This document shows positions 50,167 to 61,546 of a stretch of 64,000 nt of DNA, in pieces. Origin of the DNA: Ruminococcus sp. (GTDB taxonomy: Bacteria > Bacillota > Clostridia > Oscillospirales > Ruminococcaceae); assembly GCA_021201755.1 (NCBI GenBank), contig JAJQEI010000050.1, positions 56,110 through 120,109 of the forward strand, given 5' to 3'. Within the stretch, counting starts at the first letter, position 1. Every line of letters begins with the position of its first letter. Made by a program: the position numbers and the translations under genes. Below the pieces are notes generated by a model. The model saw only the letters and a list, made by a program, of their open reading frames with translations. It ran no database searches and was not told the DNA's origin.

Positions 50167-51684
50167 TTATACGAACAGACTCTTTCCTGTCATTTCCTTC
50201 GGCTGTGGCAATTCCATTGCTTCGAGCATAGTCGGCGCAATGTCCGCCAAAATGCCGCCTTCCCGCAACGACTTATCCATTCCAACTACGATAAAAGGTA
50301 CAGGATTGGTCGTATGTGCTGTAAATGGTGATCCATCTGATTCATACATTTTATCTGCATTCCCATGATCTGCTGTAATAAACGCTACACCGCCTTTTTC
50401 CTGAATGGCATTTACCATTCTGCCGACACAAGCATCCACAGCTTCTACTGCAGCCTTTGCCGCATCAAAAATACCGGTATGTCCTACCATATCACAATTT
50501 GCATAATTCAAAATAATTGCATCATATTTATCACTTTCAATTGCCTCTACTACCCGATCTGTAACTTCATAAGCACTCATTTCTGGTTTCAAGTCAAACG
50601 TTGGAACGTCCGGACTCTGCACTAAAATACGATCTTCGCCTTCGAATGTTTTTTCCTCACCACCATTAAAAAAGAATGTGACATGCGCATACTTCTGGGT
50701 TTCTGCAATACGAAGCTGTGTTTTCCCACACTGACTTACATATTCTCCAAATGTCATGTGCAATTCTTCCGGCGGATAAGCAACAGAAACATTCGGCATT
50801 TCTGCATCATACTGTGCCATGCAAACAAATTGCACCGGAAAATAACCATTACGACGTTCAAATCCATTAAAATCCGGATCTACAAAGCAACGTGTCAACT
50901 GTCTTGCACGATCAGGGCGGAAGTTGAAGAAAATCATGCTGTCACCCGGATTTACTGTGCCAGCTTTATCTAAGACAGTCGGCAGCATAAATTCATCTGT
51001 AACCTCATTGGTATAGCTATCCTTAATTGCTTTCACCGGATCTGCGCTAGATTGTACACCTTCGCCGTAGACCATGGCAGCATATGCTTTTTCCACACGG
51101 TCCCAAGCATTGTCACGATCCATAGCATAATATCTGCCAGAAATTGTTGCAATAGTTCCCACACCAATTTCATGCGTTTTTGCCATCGCTTCTTGCATAA
51201 ATCCTGCCGCAGATGCCGGTGGCTCGTCACGACCGTCTAAAAAAGCATGGATATACACCTTTTCCAAGCCTTTACGCTTTGCCATTTCTAATAAGCCGTA
51301 CAGGTGCGATATGTGACTATGTACACCGCCGGGTGACAGCAGTCCCATCAAATGCAATGCCGTTCCATTTTTCTTGCAAGCATCCATCGCAGCAGCAATT
51401 GCAGGATTTTCAAAAAATGTGCCATCCTCGATGTCTTTTGTAATTTTGACGAGCATTTGATAAACAATTCTACCTGCACCAATATTGGTATGCCCTACTT
51501 CAGAATTACCCATCTGTCCATCAGGCAAACCAACGTCCAAACCACTTGCACCAATTAGCGTGTGTGGTCCTTTGAGATATTCCTCTAAATGTGGTTTTTT
51601 CGCTGCTCGAATAGCATTACCATAATCCTCTGGATTGTAACCAAATCCGTCCATAATAATCAACGCAACTGGTTTTTTGCTCAT
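50167..51684 (-). CDS. gpmI: 2,3-BPG-independent phosphoglycerate mutase
   Basis: IIMDGFG, GQMGNSEVGH, NFRPDRARQ, AETQKYAHVT, TADHGN. Confidence 0.98.
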   Translation of the reverse strand: MSKKPVALIIMDGFGYNPEDYGNAIRAAKKPHLEEYLKGPHTLIGASGLDVGLPDGQMGNSEVGHTNIGAGRIVYQMLVKITKDIEDGTFFENPAIAAAMDACKKNGTALHLMGLLSPGGVHSHISHLYGLLEMAKRKGLEKVYIHAFLDGRDEPPASAAGFMQEAMAKTHEIGVGTIATISGRYYAMDRDNAWDRVEKAYAAMVYGEGVQSSADPVKAIKDSYTNEVTDEFMLPTVLDKAGTVNPGDSMIFFNFRPDRARQLTRCFVDPDFNGFERRNGYFPVQFVCMAQYDAEMPNVSVAYPPEELHMTFGEYVSQCGKTQLRIAETQKYAHVTFFFNGGEEKTFEGEDRILVQSPDVPTFDLKPEMSAYEVTDRVVEAIESDKYDAIILNYANCDMVGHTGIFDAAKAAVEAVDACVGRMVNAIQEKGGVAFITADHGNADKMYESDGSPFTAHTTNPVPFIVVGMDKSLREGGILADIAPTMLEAMELPQPKEMTGKSLFV

Positions 51685-51795
51685 AGTATATACCTCCTAC
51701 TTATGGAAGAAAGCATCGACAAAAATCAAAAAAAAACGATTTCACCGATACTTTCTCCTTTCAGGTGATGTCATAGGATTTACTCTAATTTTTGT

Positions 51796-52563
51796 TTACT
51801 TTGAAGCCTCTTCCAACAATACACCGAACTTCTCAGCTACCAGCGATGCACCACCAATTAAGCCACCGTCGATATTTTCCTTCGCCAAAAGTTCTGCACA
51901 ATTCTTCTCATTCATTGAACCACCATACTGAATGGTCATGCCATTTGCAATTGCTTTGTCAAACAAATTTGCAACCGTCGCACGAATGAATGCGCAAACT
52001 TCCTCTGCTTGTTCTGCTATAGCGGTCTTACCGGTACCGATTGCCCAAACCGGTTCATAGGCAATTATGACATTCTGTACCTGCTTATCGGATAAACCAT
52101 GCAATGCAATCTTAACCTGCTTTGCAACGACTTCTTCTGTAATTCCCAATTCTCTTTCCGTCAGTGTTTCACCTACACACAGAATTACGGTCATACCAGC
52201 TTCAATGGCAGCAGTCGTGCGTTTATTGACCGTTTCGTCTGTTTCACCGAAATACTGTCTACGTTCCGAGTGACCAACGATAACATACTTCACGCCCATT
52301 TCCGTCAACATATTTGCAGAAATTTCGCCAGTGAATGCACCACTCTTTTCAAAGTGTACATTCTCTGCACCTACCTCGATATTTGTACCTTCTGTCAAGG
52401 TCAATGCCGTTTCTAGGTTGGTAAACGGTACACAAATAATCACACCACAAGTTTTATCAGCAGCGATCGGCTTCAATGCCTCAATGAGTTCTTTGGCCTC
52501 TTTCCGGTTCTTATTCATCTTCCAGTTCCCGGCAATAATAGCCTTTCTTAGTTCTTTATTCAT
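51796..52563 (-). CDS. tpiA: Triosephosphate isomerase
   Basis: AGNWKMN, GHSERR, AYEPVWAIGTG, GGASL. Confidence 0.98.
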   Translation of the reverse strand: MNKELRKAIIAGNWKMNKNRKEAKELIEALKPIAADKTCGVIICVPFTNLETALTLTEGTNIEVGAENVHFEKSGAFTGEISANMLTEMGVKYVIVGHSERRQYFGETDETVNKRTTAAIEAGMTVILCVGETLTERELGITEEVVAKQVKIALHGLSDKQVQNVIIAYEPVWAIGTGKTAIAEQAEEVCAFIRATVANLFDKAIANGMTIQYGGSMNEKNCAELLAKENIDGGLIGGASLVAEKFGVLLEEASK

Positions 52564-52583
52564 AGGATTTCCTCATTTCTTTC

Positions 52584-53798
52584 TCAATCTTTATTTGCAA
52601 TAGCTGCTACGCCCGGCAATACCTTACCCTCTAGATATTCGAGTGAAGCACCACCACCGGTAGAAATATGACTCATCTTGTCTGCAAAGCCTAACTGCAT
52701 AACGGCTGCTGCAGAATCACCACCACCGATAATTGTCGTAGCATCTGTATCTGCCAAAGCCTGTGCCACAGCAACTGTACCATTCTTCAAAATCGGGTTT
52801 TCAAATACACCCATTGGACCATTCCAGACAACTGTTTTTGCAGATTGTACAGCTTCTGCGAAAATCTTCTGTGTCTTCTCTCCAATATCTAAACCTATCT
52901 TGTCTGCTGGAATTTCACTGGAGGTATATGTTTCTACTGAAATTTCTGCATCAATCGGGTTTGGAAAGCTATCTGCTACAACGGTATCTATCGGTAACAA
53001 CAGTGTTTTTCCATTTGACTTTGCTTTTTCCAACATTTCTCTGCAATAATCCAGTTTTGTGTCATCGACTAGGGAAGTTCCAACCTCATAACCTTCTGCT
53101 TTCAGAAATGTATATGCCATACCACCGCCAATAATCAAAGTATCACATTTTTCTAGCAGATTAGAGATAACATTCAGTTTATCCGCTACTTTTGCACCAC
53201 CCAAAATAGCGACAAACGGACGAACCGGATTTTCTACCGCATTGCCCAAGAACCGAATTTCCTTTTGCATCAGATAACCAACGGCTGTCTCTTTGACATA
53301 TTCTGCTACACCGACGGTGGAACAGTGCGCTCGATGTGCGCTGCCAAAAGCATCCATGACAAATACGTCTGCAATGCTTGCTAAATCCTTACTAAACGAC
53401 TCAATGTTTTTGGTTTCCTCTTTTCGGAAACGGGTGTTTTCCAAAACGATAATTTCACCGTTTTGCATCGCTTCTACTGCAATCTTTACGGAATCGTCAA
53501 CAACCATATCGGATGGAACAAACGTCACTTTTGCAGAAACCAGCTCATCCAACCGTTCAGCTGCTGCCTTTAGAGAAAACTTTTCTTCTGGACCATTCTT
53601 CGGTTTTCCCAAGTGAGAACAAAGAATCACTCTGCCGCCGTCAGCAATCAGCTTATTAATGGTCGGCAATGCAGCTTGAATTCGGTTATCATTGGTAATG
53701 ATGCCATCTTTCATGGGAACATTGAAATCCACACGAACCAGCACACGTTTACCTTTTACTTGTAAATCATCTACAGAAACCTTGTTTAACTCTGCCAT
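52584..53798 (-). CDS. pgk: Phosphoglycerate kinase
   Basis: [41 protein letters not shown]. Confidence 0.98.
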   Translation of the reverse strand: MAELNKVSVDDLQVKGKRVLVRVDFNVPMKDGIITNDNRIQAALPTINKLIADGGRVILCSHLGKPKNGPEEKFSLKAAAERLDELVSAKVTFVPSDMVVDDSVKIAVEAMQNGEIIVLENTRFRKEETKNIESFSKDLASIADVFVMDAFGSAHRAHCSTVGVAEYVKETAVGYLMQKEIRFLGNAVENPVRPFVAILGGAKVADKLNVISNLLEKCDTLIIGGGMAYTFLKAEGYEVGTSLVDDTKLDYCREMLEKAKSNGKTLLLPIDTVVADSFPNPIDAEISVETYTSSEIPADKIGLDIGEKTQKIFAEAVQSAKTVVWNGPMGVFENPILKNGTVAVAQALADTDATTIIGGGDSAAAVMQLGFADKMSHISTGGGASLEYLEGKVLPGVAAIANKD

Positions 53799-53892
53799 TT
53801 TATTTGACATCCTTTCGAATAATGATGATACAGACCTCGCACAAGAGCGTAGTCTTCTACTTGATGTAACGTGTTTTTTCACGTACTTTTTT

Positions 53893-53921
53893 ATTATACA
53901 CTACTTTTCAAAATTTTGCAA
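53893..53921 (-). promoter_or_regulatory. SigA promoter of pgk-tpiA-gpmI
   Basis: TTGCAA-17-TATAAT on the minus strand. Confidence 0.7.
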
Positions 53922-53992
53922 GGGGTTTTGAAGGATTTTCTGAAATTATTCCATCTCATTGTTCCTATTACATACAAATCAATTGTTTTCAT

Positions 53993-56839
53993 CTATTCAT
54001 ACGCCTTTTCTTTTAGATTTAGATATGGTTTCAGATACTTCCCTGTATAGGATTCCAAACAAACTGCCACTTGCTCTGGTGTTCCACTGATTACAACCAT
54101 ACCTCCTGTATCGCCCCCTTCTGGACCTAAATCCACAATCCAATCTGCTACCTTGATCACATTGAGATTATGTTCTATAACAACAACTGTGTTGCCATGA
54201 TCGGTTAATTTTTGTAACACTTCAATCAGCCGATGAACATCTGCTGTATGTAGACCGGTTGTTGGCTCGTCTAAAATATAAATGGTCTTTCCTGTAGGAC
54301 GTTTTGATAACTCTGTTGCCAACTTTACTCGTTGTGCTTCACCGCCGGAGAGTGTAGTTGCCGGCTGCCCGATTTTCAAATAACCGAGTCCCACCTCTTG
54401 AAGCATTTCTAGTCTATGATAAATTTTCGGATGATTTTCAAAAAAAATGACGCCTTCGTCCACAGTCATTTCTAACACATCATAAATAGACTTTCCACGA
54501 TATTTCACATTTAACGTTTCCCGATTATAACGTTTCCCTTTACATATTTCACAAGGAACATATACATCCGGTAAAAAGTGCATCTCAATTCGCAAAATTC
54601 CATCGCCCTGGCAGGATTCACAGCGTCCGCCCTTGATATTGAACGAAAAGCATCCGGCAGTATAGCCCTTTGCTTTGGCATCGTTTGTTTTAGCAAAAAG
54701 CTCCCGAATATCCGTAAACATTCCAGTATATGTGGCTGGATTCGATCGTGGTGTTCTACCAATAGGAGATTGGTCAATATTAATAACTTTGTCAAGATAC
54801 TCCATACCATCCATACTATCAAATGCACCGTAACGTATGCGTGCCCGATTCAACTTTGCCGCCAAGTATTTATAAATAATTTCATTCACGAGTGATGATT
54901 TCCCAGAACCCGATACGCCTGTTACACACGTAAAAGCTCCTAACGGAATCTGTACATTGATATTCTTGAGATTATGTTCTCTCGCCCCATAAATAGACAA
55001 AAATTTACCATTTCCTGCACGTCGCTTTTCTGGCAGTGGAATACACCGCACTCCACTTAGATACTGTCCTGTAATAGATTGTTCACAGGCAAGAAGTCCT
55101 TTTACATCACCGGCGTAGACGATATTTCCACCATTCACACCAGCACCCGGACCAATGTCCACCACATAGTCCGCCGCTAGAATCGTATCGTCATCATGTT
55201 CTACGACAATCAAAGTGTTGTCCAAATCCCGAAGCTGCTGTAGCGTGGAAATCAATTTGTCGTTATCTCGCTGGTGTAGTCCAATACTCGGCTCATCCAA
55301 AATATACAGTACACCCATCAAGTATGATCCGATTTGGGTTGCAAGACGAATTCGTTGACTTTCTCCACCGGAAAGTGTTCCGGCATTACGAGATAGATTC
55401 AAATATTCTAGTCCAACATTTTTTAAAAAACCTAACCGCTTTCGAATTTCCCTGATAATACGTGCTGCTATAAACTGCTCTCGCTGTGTCAGCTCTAGCT
55501 GATCCAAAAAATTCAATGCACCAACTACAGAAAGTTCTGTCAGTTCGATGATATTTTTTCCACCAACTGTTACGGAAAGAATTTCCGGCTTTAATCGCTT
55601 TCCATGACAAATCGGACAAGGTACACTGGACATATATCCCTGTACATCTGCTTTTACACGCTCTGATCCTTCTCGAAATCGTCGCTCTAAATTGGGAATC
55701 ACGCCTTCAAACGGGCCTCGATAACCTTGACTTCTTCCAAACGATGTGATACGATGCAAAAATAAAACATCATTCCCTGTTCCATAAAGGAATAGATTTA
55801 GCTGATTTTCAGTCAAATCTTTCACTGGTACGTCTAGTGAAACGTCATACTTCTTCGATATTTCCGTATAATACATATAAGCAATCGAATTTTCATCACT
55901 GATATTGCTCCAACCACTTGCTTTAATTGCACCTTGTCGAATAGATAAATCTCGATTGGGTATAACAAGATCCGGATCGATTTTCTGAAGCACGCCTAAT
56001 CCTGTACAGTTGGGACACGCTCCAAAAGGATTATTAAACGAAAACATTCGTGGTTCCAATTCTTCGATAGAAACACCATGTTCCGGACAGGCATAACTTT
56101 GAGAAAAGGAAAGTTCTTCACCACCAATCACGTCCACCATTATAAGTCCGCCGGTGAGTCCTAGTGCTGTTTCCAGACTATCTGTTAATCGTGTGCGAAT
56201 AGTAGGTTTTACCACTAAACGGTCAACAATAACTTCAATTGTATGTTTGCGATTTTTGTCTAACGTAATTTGTTCTGACAAATCATATTGATTACCATCC
56301 ACACGTACTCGCACAAAACCAGTTTTCTTTGCATTCTCCAGTATTTTTACGTGCTGCCCTTTTTTCCCACGCACAATTGGTGCCAAAAGCTGAAAACGTG
56401 TTCCTTCTTTCAATGCAAGAATCCGATCTACAATTTCATCTACCGACTGCTGTTTAATTTCCTTACCGCAAATCGGACAATGTGGTATACCAATTCTGGC
56501 ATAGAGTAATCGCAAATAGTCATAAATTTCCGTCACAGTTCCTACTGTAGAGCGTGGATTTTTAGACGTTGTTTTTTGATCAATAGAAATCGCTGGAGAT
56601 AATCCCTCGATGCTGTCCACATCTGGTTTTTCCATCTGTCCTAAAAATTGTCTAGAATAAGAAGATAAGCTTTCCATATAGCGTCGCTGTCCATCCGCAA
56701 AAATCGTATCAAACGCCAAAGAAGATTTCCCTGAGCCTGAAAGCCCTGTCATCACAATCAGTTTATCCCTCGGTAGCTCAACACTGACGTTTTTCAGATT
56801 ATTCATTCGAGCGCCACGTACGACAATTTTGTCCAACAT
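53993..56839 (-). CDS. uvrA: Excinuclease ABC subunit A
   Basis: Two [10 protein letters not shown] Walker A motifs, LSGGE x2, Zn fingers. Confidence 0.98.
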   Translation of the reverse strand: MLDKIVVRGARMNNLKNVSVELPRDKLIVMTGLSGSGKSSLAFDTIFADGQRRYMESLSSYSRQFLGQMEKPDVDSIEGLSPAISIDQKTTSKNPRSTVGTVTEIYDYLRLLYARIGIPHCPICGKEIKQQSVDEIVDRILALKEGTRFQLLAPIVRGKKGQHVKILENAKKTGFVRVRVDGNQYDLSEQITLDKNRKHTIEVIVDRLVVKPTIRTRLTDSLETALGLTGGLIMVDVIGGEELSFSQSYACPEHGVSIEELEPRMFSFNNPFGACPNCTGLGVLQKIDPDLVIPNRDLSIRQGAIKASGWSNISDENSIAYMYYTEISKKYDVSLDVPVKDLTENQLNLFLYGTGNDVLFLHRITSFGRSQGYRGPFEGVIPNLERRFREGSERVKADVQGYMSSVPCPICHGKRLKPEILSVTVGGKNIIELTELSVVGALNFLDQLELTQREQFIAARIIREIRKRLGFLKNVGLEYLNLSRNAGTLSGGESQRIRLATQIGSYLMGVLYILDEPSIGLHQRDNDKLISTLQQLRDLDNTLIVVEHDDDTILAADYVVDIGPGAGVNGGNIVYAGDVKGLLACEQSITGQYLSGVRCIPLPEKRRAGNGKFLSIYGAREHNLKNINVQIPLGAFTCVTGVSGSGKSSLVNEIIYKYLAAKLNRARIRYGAFDSMDGMEYLDKVINIDQSPIGRTPRSNPATYTGMFTDIRELFAKTNDAKAKGYTAGCFSFNIKGGRCESCQGDGILRIEMHFLPDVYVPCEICKGKRYNRETLNVKYRGKSIYDVLEMTVDEGVIFFENHPKIYHRLEMLQEVGLGYLKIGQPATTLSGGEAQRVKLATELSKRPTGKTIYILDEPTTGLHTADVHRLIEVLQKLTDHGNTVVVIEHNLNVIKVADWIVDLGPEGGDTGGMVVISGTPEQVAVCLESYTGKYLKPYLNLKEKAYE

Positions 56840-56842
56840 CGT

Positions 56843-58804
56843 CTATTTTTCCTCCTCCAAAGCTTTGATTTTATCTCGCAAATAAGCTGCATGTTCAAAT
56901 TCCAATAGCTTTGCCGCTTCCTTTATCTGTGCCTTTAATTGTTCGATTAGTGCTTGTTTTTCCTTGCCTTTTAGCTTTTTATTCATCTTTTTCTCTACTT
57001 CCGATTTAGAAGTAATTTCGATGACATCTCGCACATCCTTCTTTATCGTCTGTGGTATAATGCCATGTGCCTCATTATACGCCATCTGTTTTTCACGCCG
57101 TCGCTGCGTTTTGGTAATTGCTCGTTCCATCGAGCCAGTCACTTTGTCCGCATACATAACAACTTGCCCATTTGCATTCCTTGCTGCCCTTCCAATGGTC
57201 TGAATCAAAGAAGTATCACTGCGCAAAAAGCCCTCTTTATCCGCATCAAGAATTGCCACAAGCGATACTTCAGGTATATCCAGTCCTTCTCGCAGTAGAT
57301 TGATACCAATTAGTGCATCAAACTCCCCTAGGCGCAAATCCCTGATGATTTTCATACGTTCCACCGTTTTAATGTCATGGTGCATATAACGTACTCGAAC
57401 ACCCATACGTTCTAGATATGCCGTCAGATCCTCTGCCATTTTCTTCGTAAGCGTTGTCACTAGTACTCGCTCGTTTTTTTCGGCACGAGTTTGAATTTGA
57501 GATAATAAGTCCTCAATTTGTCCTTCTACTGGCTTAACGATCACCTCCGGATCAAGCAAGCCAGTTGGTCGAATCACCTGTTCCGCTTGATGAAGGGTAT
57601 GTTCTTTTTCAAAAGGGCCTGGTGTAGCACTGACATAAATCGCCTGATGCACATGGCTATAGAATTCCTCAAAATTCAGTGGTCGATTATCAAAAGCACT
57701 TGGTAGTCGAAATCCATATTCTACCAATGTTTCTTTTCTAGCACGATCGCCGGCGTACATTGCACGCACCTGTGGCAACGTCACATGACTTTCGTCTACC
57801 ACTAACAAAAAATCTTCTGGAAAATGATCCAGCAGCGTATACGGTACACTTCCTGGCGGTCGCCCTGCCAGAACACGAGAATAATTTTCTATTCCACTAC
57901 AAAAGCCGATTTCCTCCAACATTTCCATGTCATATTCCGTGCGCTGTTGGATACGCTGTGCTTCAATCAGCTTATGATTTGCTGTAAACCACGCCACACG
58001 ATCGCACATTTCCTTCCGGATTTTTTGAATTGCTATCGATCTCTTCTCGCTGCCCACTACATAATGAGATGCCGGCATAATCGCAGCATATTGCATGGTT
58101 GCTGTTACCTCACCAGTGACCACATTAATCTCACAAATGCGATCGATTTCATCGCCAAAATATTCAACACGTATTGCTTTTTCTGAAGAAGATGCCGGAA
58201 AGATTTCTACCACATCACCTCGAACTCGAAACTTGTTTCGCACGAAGTTGATGTCATTGCGCTCATATTGAATCGCTACCAGTTCTTTCGTCAACTGTTC
58301 ACGTGATTTTTCCATACCTGGTCGAATGGAAACGATATTTGCTCGATATTCCTCTGGACTGCCTAAAGAGTAAATGCAAGAAACACTTGCCACGACAATT
58401 ACATCTCGTCGCTCCGCAAGAGATGCCGTTGCACTGTGGCGCATTTTGTCGATTTCATCATTAATCGAAGAATCCTTTTCAATATAGCTGTCTGTACTGG
58501 GAATATATGCCTCTGGTTGGTAATAATCATAATACGATACAAAATATTCGACCGCATTTTCTGGAAAAAATTCCCGAAACTCCGAACAAAGCTGCGCCGC
58601 TAAAATTTTATTATGCGCCAAAACCAAAGTTGGTTTATTCACCTGTGCAATGACATTTGCAATCGTAAACGTCTTGCCGGAACCGGTTACACCGAGCAAC
58701 GTCTGTTCCTTTTCACCTGCTTGCACGCCTTGCACGAGCTGTGCAATTGCTTCCGGCTGATCTCCAGTCGGTGCAAAAGGAGAATGTAGGACAAAATGAT
58801 CCAT
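56843..58804 (-). CDS. uvrB: Excinuclease ABC subunit B
   Basis: [37 protein letters not shown]. Confidence 0.98.
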   Translation of the reverse strand: MDHFVLHSPFAPTGDQPEAIAQLVQGVQAGEKEQTLLGVTGSGKTFTIANVIAQVNKPTLVLAHNKILAAQLCSEFREFFPENAVEYFVSYYDYYQPEAYIPSTDSYIEKDSSINDEIDKMRHSATASLAERRDVIVVASVSCIYSLGSPEEYRANIVSIRPGMEKSREQLTKELVAIQYERNDINFVRNKFRVRGDVVEIFPASSSEKAIRVEYFGDEIDRICEINVVTGEVTATMQYAAIMPASHYVVGSEKRSIAIQKIRKEMCDRVAWFTANHKLIEAQRIQQRTEYDMEMLEEIGFCSGIENYSRVLAGRPPGSVPYTLLDHFPEDFLLVVDESHVTLPQVRAMYAGDRARKETLVEYGFRLPSAFDNRPLNFEEFYSHVHQAIYVSATPGPFEKEHTLHQAEQVIRPTGLLDPEVIVKPVEGQIEDLLSQIQTRAEKNERVLVTTLTKKMAEDLTAYLERMGVRVRYMHHDIKTVERMKIIRDLRLGEFDALIGINLLREGLDIPEVSLVAILDADKEGFLRSDTSLIQTIGRAARNANGQVVMYADKVTGSMERAITKTQRRREKQMAYNEAHGIIPQTIKKDVRDVIEITSKSEVEKKMNKKLKGKEKQALIEQLKAQIKEAAKLLEFEHAAYLRDKIKALEEEK

Positions 58805-58925
58805 CACTATGCCTCCCATATCTGAAGATACATAAGTTGTTTCTTTTGAATTTTCTATTTCATCTCCATCAATCCTTTCGAATTTTAGATTTTGAAAGGA
58901 TTGTCCCAAAAATACATTTTATTTT

Positions 58926-58954
58926 TTGCATTTTTCAAGAAAATGTGTTATACT
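58926..58954 (+). promoter_or_regulatory. SigA promoter of the RluA-family gene
   Basis: TTGCAT-17-TATACT with extended TG. Confidence 0.6.
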
Positions 58955-59099
58955 TAAGAAATTAAGAAGCCAGAAACTACGGAACACAAAAGAATAGAAT
59001 GGCTTGTTAATAATTACTAACTCTAATCTTTACTTTTCGTTTTTTAACTTCTACTCATGGAAAGGAATACTGCTTATCTTTGGCAGCATATAGAAACAT

Positions 59100-60110
59100 A
59101 TGAAAGAATATCAAATTCAAGAAAACGACAGTGGGCAGCGTCTAGATCGTTTTCTACAAAAAGTTCTGCCGCAACTTCCGAAAAACCTTTTCTACAAATG
59201 GATTCGCACCAAGCACATCAAAGTCAATCGCAAACGCTGTAAACCAGATCAGCACCTATTTAGTGGCGACAGAGTTGTGCTTTATGTCAGCGATTCTTAT
59301 TTCGATTCCGATGTACAGCAAACAACAGAAGACAAATTCAAATCATACGAATTTTTACAAGCACCAAATGAGCTAACAATTCTTTTTGAAAACACGCAGA
59401 TTCTCATCGTCTGCAAGCCTGTAGGTCTCGTGGTACACTGTGACAATCGGCAGGTACCAGACACCTTGATTCATCGTATTTTGTACTATCTCTATGATAC
59501 TGGTGCATACAATCCAGCGCAAGAACTGAGTTTTACACCTGCCTTATGCAATCGACTCGATCGGAACACTGGTGGTATTGTCATTGTGGCAAAAACAGCC
59601 GCTGCACTACGAGAGGTCAATCGCCTTATCCGAGAAAATCGTATTCAAAAAACCTATCTCTGTACCGTGGTAGGCACTCCACCGAAATTAGCGGATACGC
59701 TTTATGCTTGGCATAAAAAATCTGACACACACAACACAGTTACCATCTGTGATGAAAAATCCCCAGGATTCCAAGAAATCATCACAGGCTACCATGTCCT
59801 AGCAAAAAATGCAATACATAGTCTTTTATCAGTGCATCTCATCACCGGACGCACGCACCAAATACGTGCCCATCTCGCACATATCGGCGTACCGATTCTA
59901 GGTGATAATAAATATGGAAATGGCAAAGAAAATTGTCGAAGCCACTGTAAATACCAACAACTTTGGGCATATCAGCTTACACTAGAAACTAATGCAGGCA
60001 CTTGTCTTGCTGACCTAAATGGCTTGACAATCCGCACTGCACTGCCTACCTTTGTACAAAAAGAATTTCCACAATTTCAACTAGCTGCAAATGAATTAGA
60101 TTTAGATTAA
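59100..60110 (+). CDS. RluA/RluC-family pseudouridine synthase with an S4 domain
   Basis: GQRLDRFL, KPVGL, NRLDRNTGG, TGRTHQIRAH, PILGDNKYG. Confidence 0.94.
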   Translation: MKEYQIQENDSGQRLDRFLQKVLPQLPKNLFYKWIRTKHIKVNRKRCKPDQHLFSGDRVVLYVSDSYFDSDVQQTTEDKFKSYEFLQAPNELTILFENTQILIVCKPVGLVVHCDNRQVPDTLIHRILYYLYDTGAYNPAQELSFTPALCNRLDRNTGGIVIVAKTAAALREVNRLIRENRIQKTYLCTVVGTPPKLADTLYAWHKKSDTHNTVTICDEKSPGFQEIITGYHVLAKNAIHSLLSVHLITGRTHQIRAHLAHIGVPILGDNKYGNGKENCRSHCKYQQLWAYQLTLETNAGTCLADLNGLTIRTALPTFVQKEFPQFQLAANELDLD

Positions 60111-61546
60111 CCTTCGTTTAGCATACGAGTGACAATTTCTTTTACAATACCAGGATTTACCTTTCCCTTCGATGCTTTCATGCACTGCCCCACTAAATAG
60201 CCGAGTGCATTAGTTTTACCACCACGATAATCGCTAACGGACTTTTCATTTTGTGCTAATACATCCTTTGCCAGCTGTTCCAAAAATTCCATATCAGAAT
60301 TCTGTTTCATGCCCTTTTCCTCGATGACAACAAGTGGATCCTGATCCTTCTCAATAATTATCTGAAAGACTTTTTTTGCAGAAGCATTTGAAATAACACC
60401 TTTTTCTACTTGTTCCACTAGTGCCGTTAGATGTTCTGGCGTCAAGGCTGTTTCCGGTATACTTTTTCCTGTTTCGTTGGAATATTTTGCAATATCGGAT
60501 AGAATCCAGTTACTAATGCTTTTCGGCTTACAAGTGCCTATTGCTACGCAAGCATCAAAAAAGCTAGAACGAGAAATATCTTCAGAGATCAGCGTAGCAT
60601 CCATCTGCGATAAGCCAAAATCAAATACATAACGTTGTAGCTTCACATTCGGCAGCTCCGGAAGGCTTTCTTTGATGGCTTGGATTTTTTCGTCCGATAC
60701 AACAATCGTCATCAAATCTGGTTCAGGAAAATAACGATAATCCTGCGCATCTTCTTTTGAACGCATGACAATGCTTATACCCTTACTATTATCCCAACGA
60801 CGTGTTTCCTGTTCCACCGTACCACCGGCTTCTAGCAGTTCTATTTGCCGTTTTGCTTCGTATTCGATTCCACGCACCGCAGCACTAAAGCTATTGACAT
60901 TTTTCATCTCGCAGCGTGTACCAAATTCAGTCGCACCTTTTTCACGGACAGAAACATTGACATCACACCGAATTGATCCTTCTTGCATTTTACAATCGGA
61001 AATGTTCAGATATTGTAGGATAGACTTGATAGTTTCTAGATATGCCTTTGCCTCTGCGCTGCTGCGCATATCAGGCTCAGAAACAATTTCAATTAGCGGC
61101 ACACCGCAACGATTCAAGTCCAACAGCGAACCGGCAAACGATTCGTCATGGAGCAATTTGCCTGCATCCTCTTCAATATGAATCCGTGTCACACCGATGC
61201 GACGCATCTCGCCAGCCACCATGACATCAAGATAACCCTTCCCACAAAGCGGAACCTCCGCTTGTGAAATCTGATAAGCTTTCGGCAAATCTGGATAAAA
61301 ATAATTCTTTCGATCCTGCTTGCATACACCATTTATTTTACAATGCATTGCATGTCCCATGCGAATGGCATATTCTACCACTTTTTCGTTCAGCGTTGGC
61401 AATGTCCCTGGCATACCCATACAAACTGGGCAGACTTGTGAATTGACCTCTAAACCAAATGCATTGCGGCAATTACAATAAATTTTCGATTGAGTGTTCA
61501 GTTCTGCGTGAACCTCCAAACCTATGACAGTCTCATAGTCTTTCAT
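60107..61546 (-). CDS. gatB: Asp/Glu-tRNA amidotransferase subunit B
   Basis: VIGLEVHAEL, DRKNYFYPD, HIEEDAGK, NRCGVPLIEIVSEP, YRYFPEPD. Confidence 0.98.
   Translation of the reverse strand: MKDYETVIGLEVHAELNTQSKIYCNCRNAFGLEVNSQVCPVCMGMPGTLPTLNEKVVEYAIRMGHAMHCKINGVCKQDRKNYFYPDLPKAYQISQAEVPLCGKGYLDVMVAGEMRRIGVTRIHIEEDAGKLLHDESFAGSLLDLNRCGVPLIEIVSEPDMRSSAEAKAYLETIKSILQYLNISDCKMQEGSIRCDVNVSVREKGATEFGTRCEMKNVNSFSAAVRGIEYEAKRQIELLEAGGTVEQETRRWDNSKGISIVMRSKEDAQDYRYFPEPDLMTIVVSDEKIQAIKESLPELPNVKLQRYVFDFGLSQMDATLISEDISRSSFFDACVAIGTCKPKSISNWILSDIAKYSNETGKSIPETALTPEHLTALVEQVEKGVISNASAKKVFQIIIEKDQDPLVVIEEKGMKQNSDMEFLEQLAKDVLAQNEKSVSDYRGGKTNALGYLVGQCMKASKGKVNPGIVKEIVTRMLNEG

Noticed and set aside
53800-53890. 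Rex box or riboswitch in the pgk leader
   Set aside because: The acgtg-aaaaaa-cacgt spacing does not fit the Rex consensus, and the hairpins are short.
58810-58920. LexA (GAAC-N4-GTTC) box upstream of uvrB
   Set aside because: The best candidate has two mismatches, which is not distinguishable from background.
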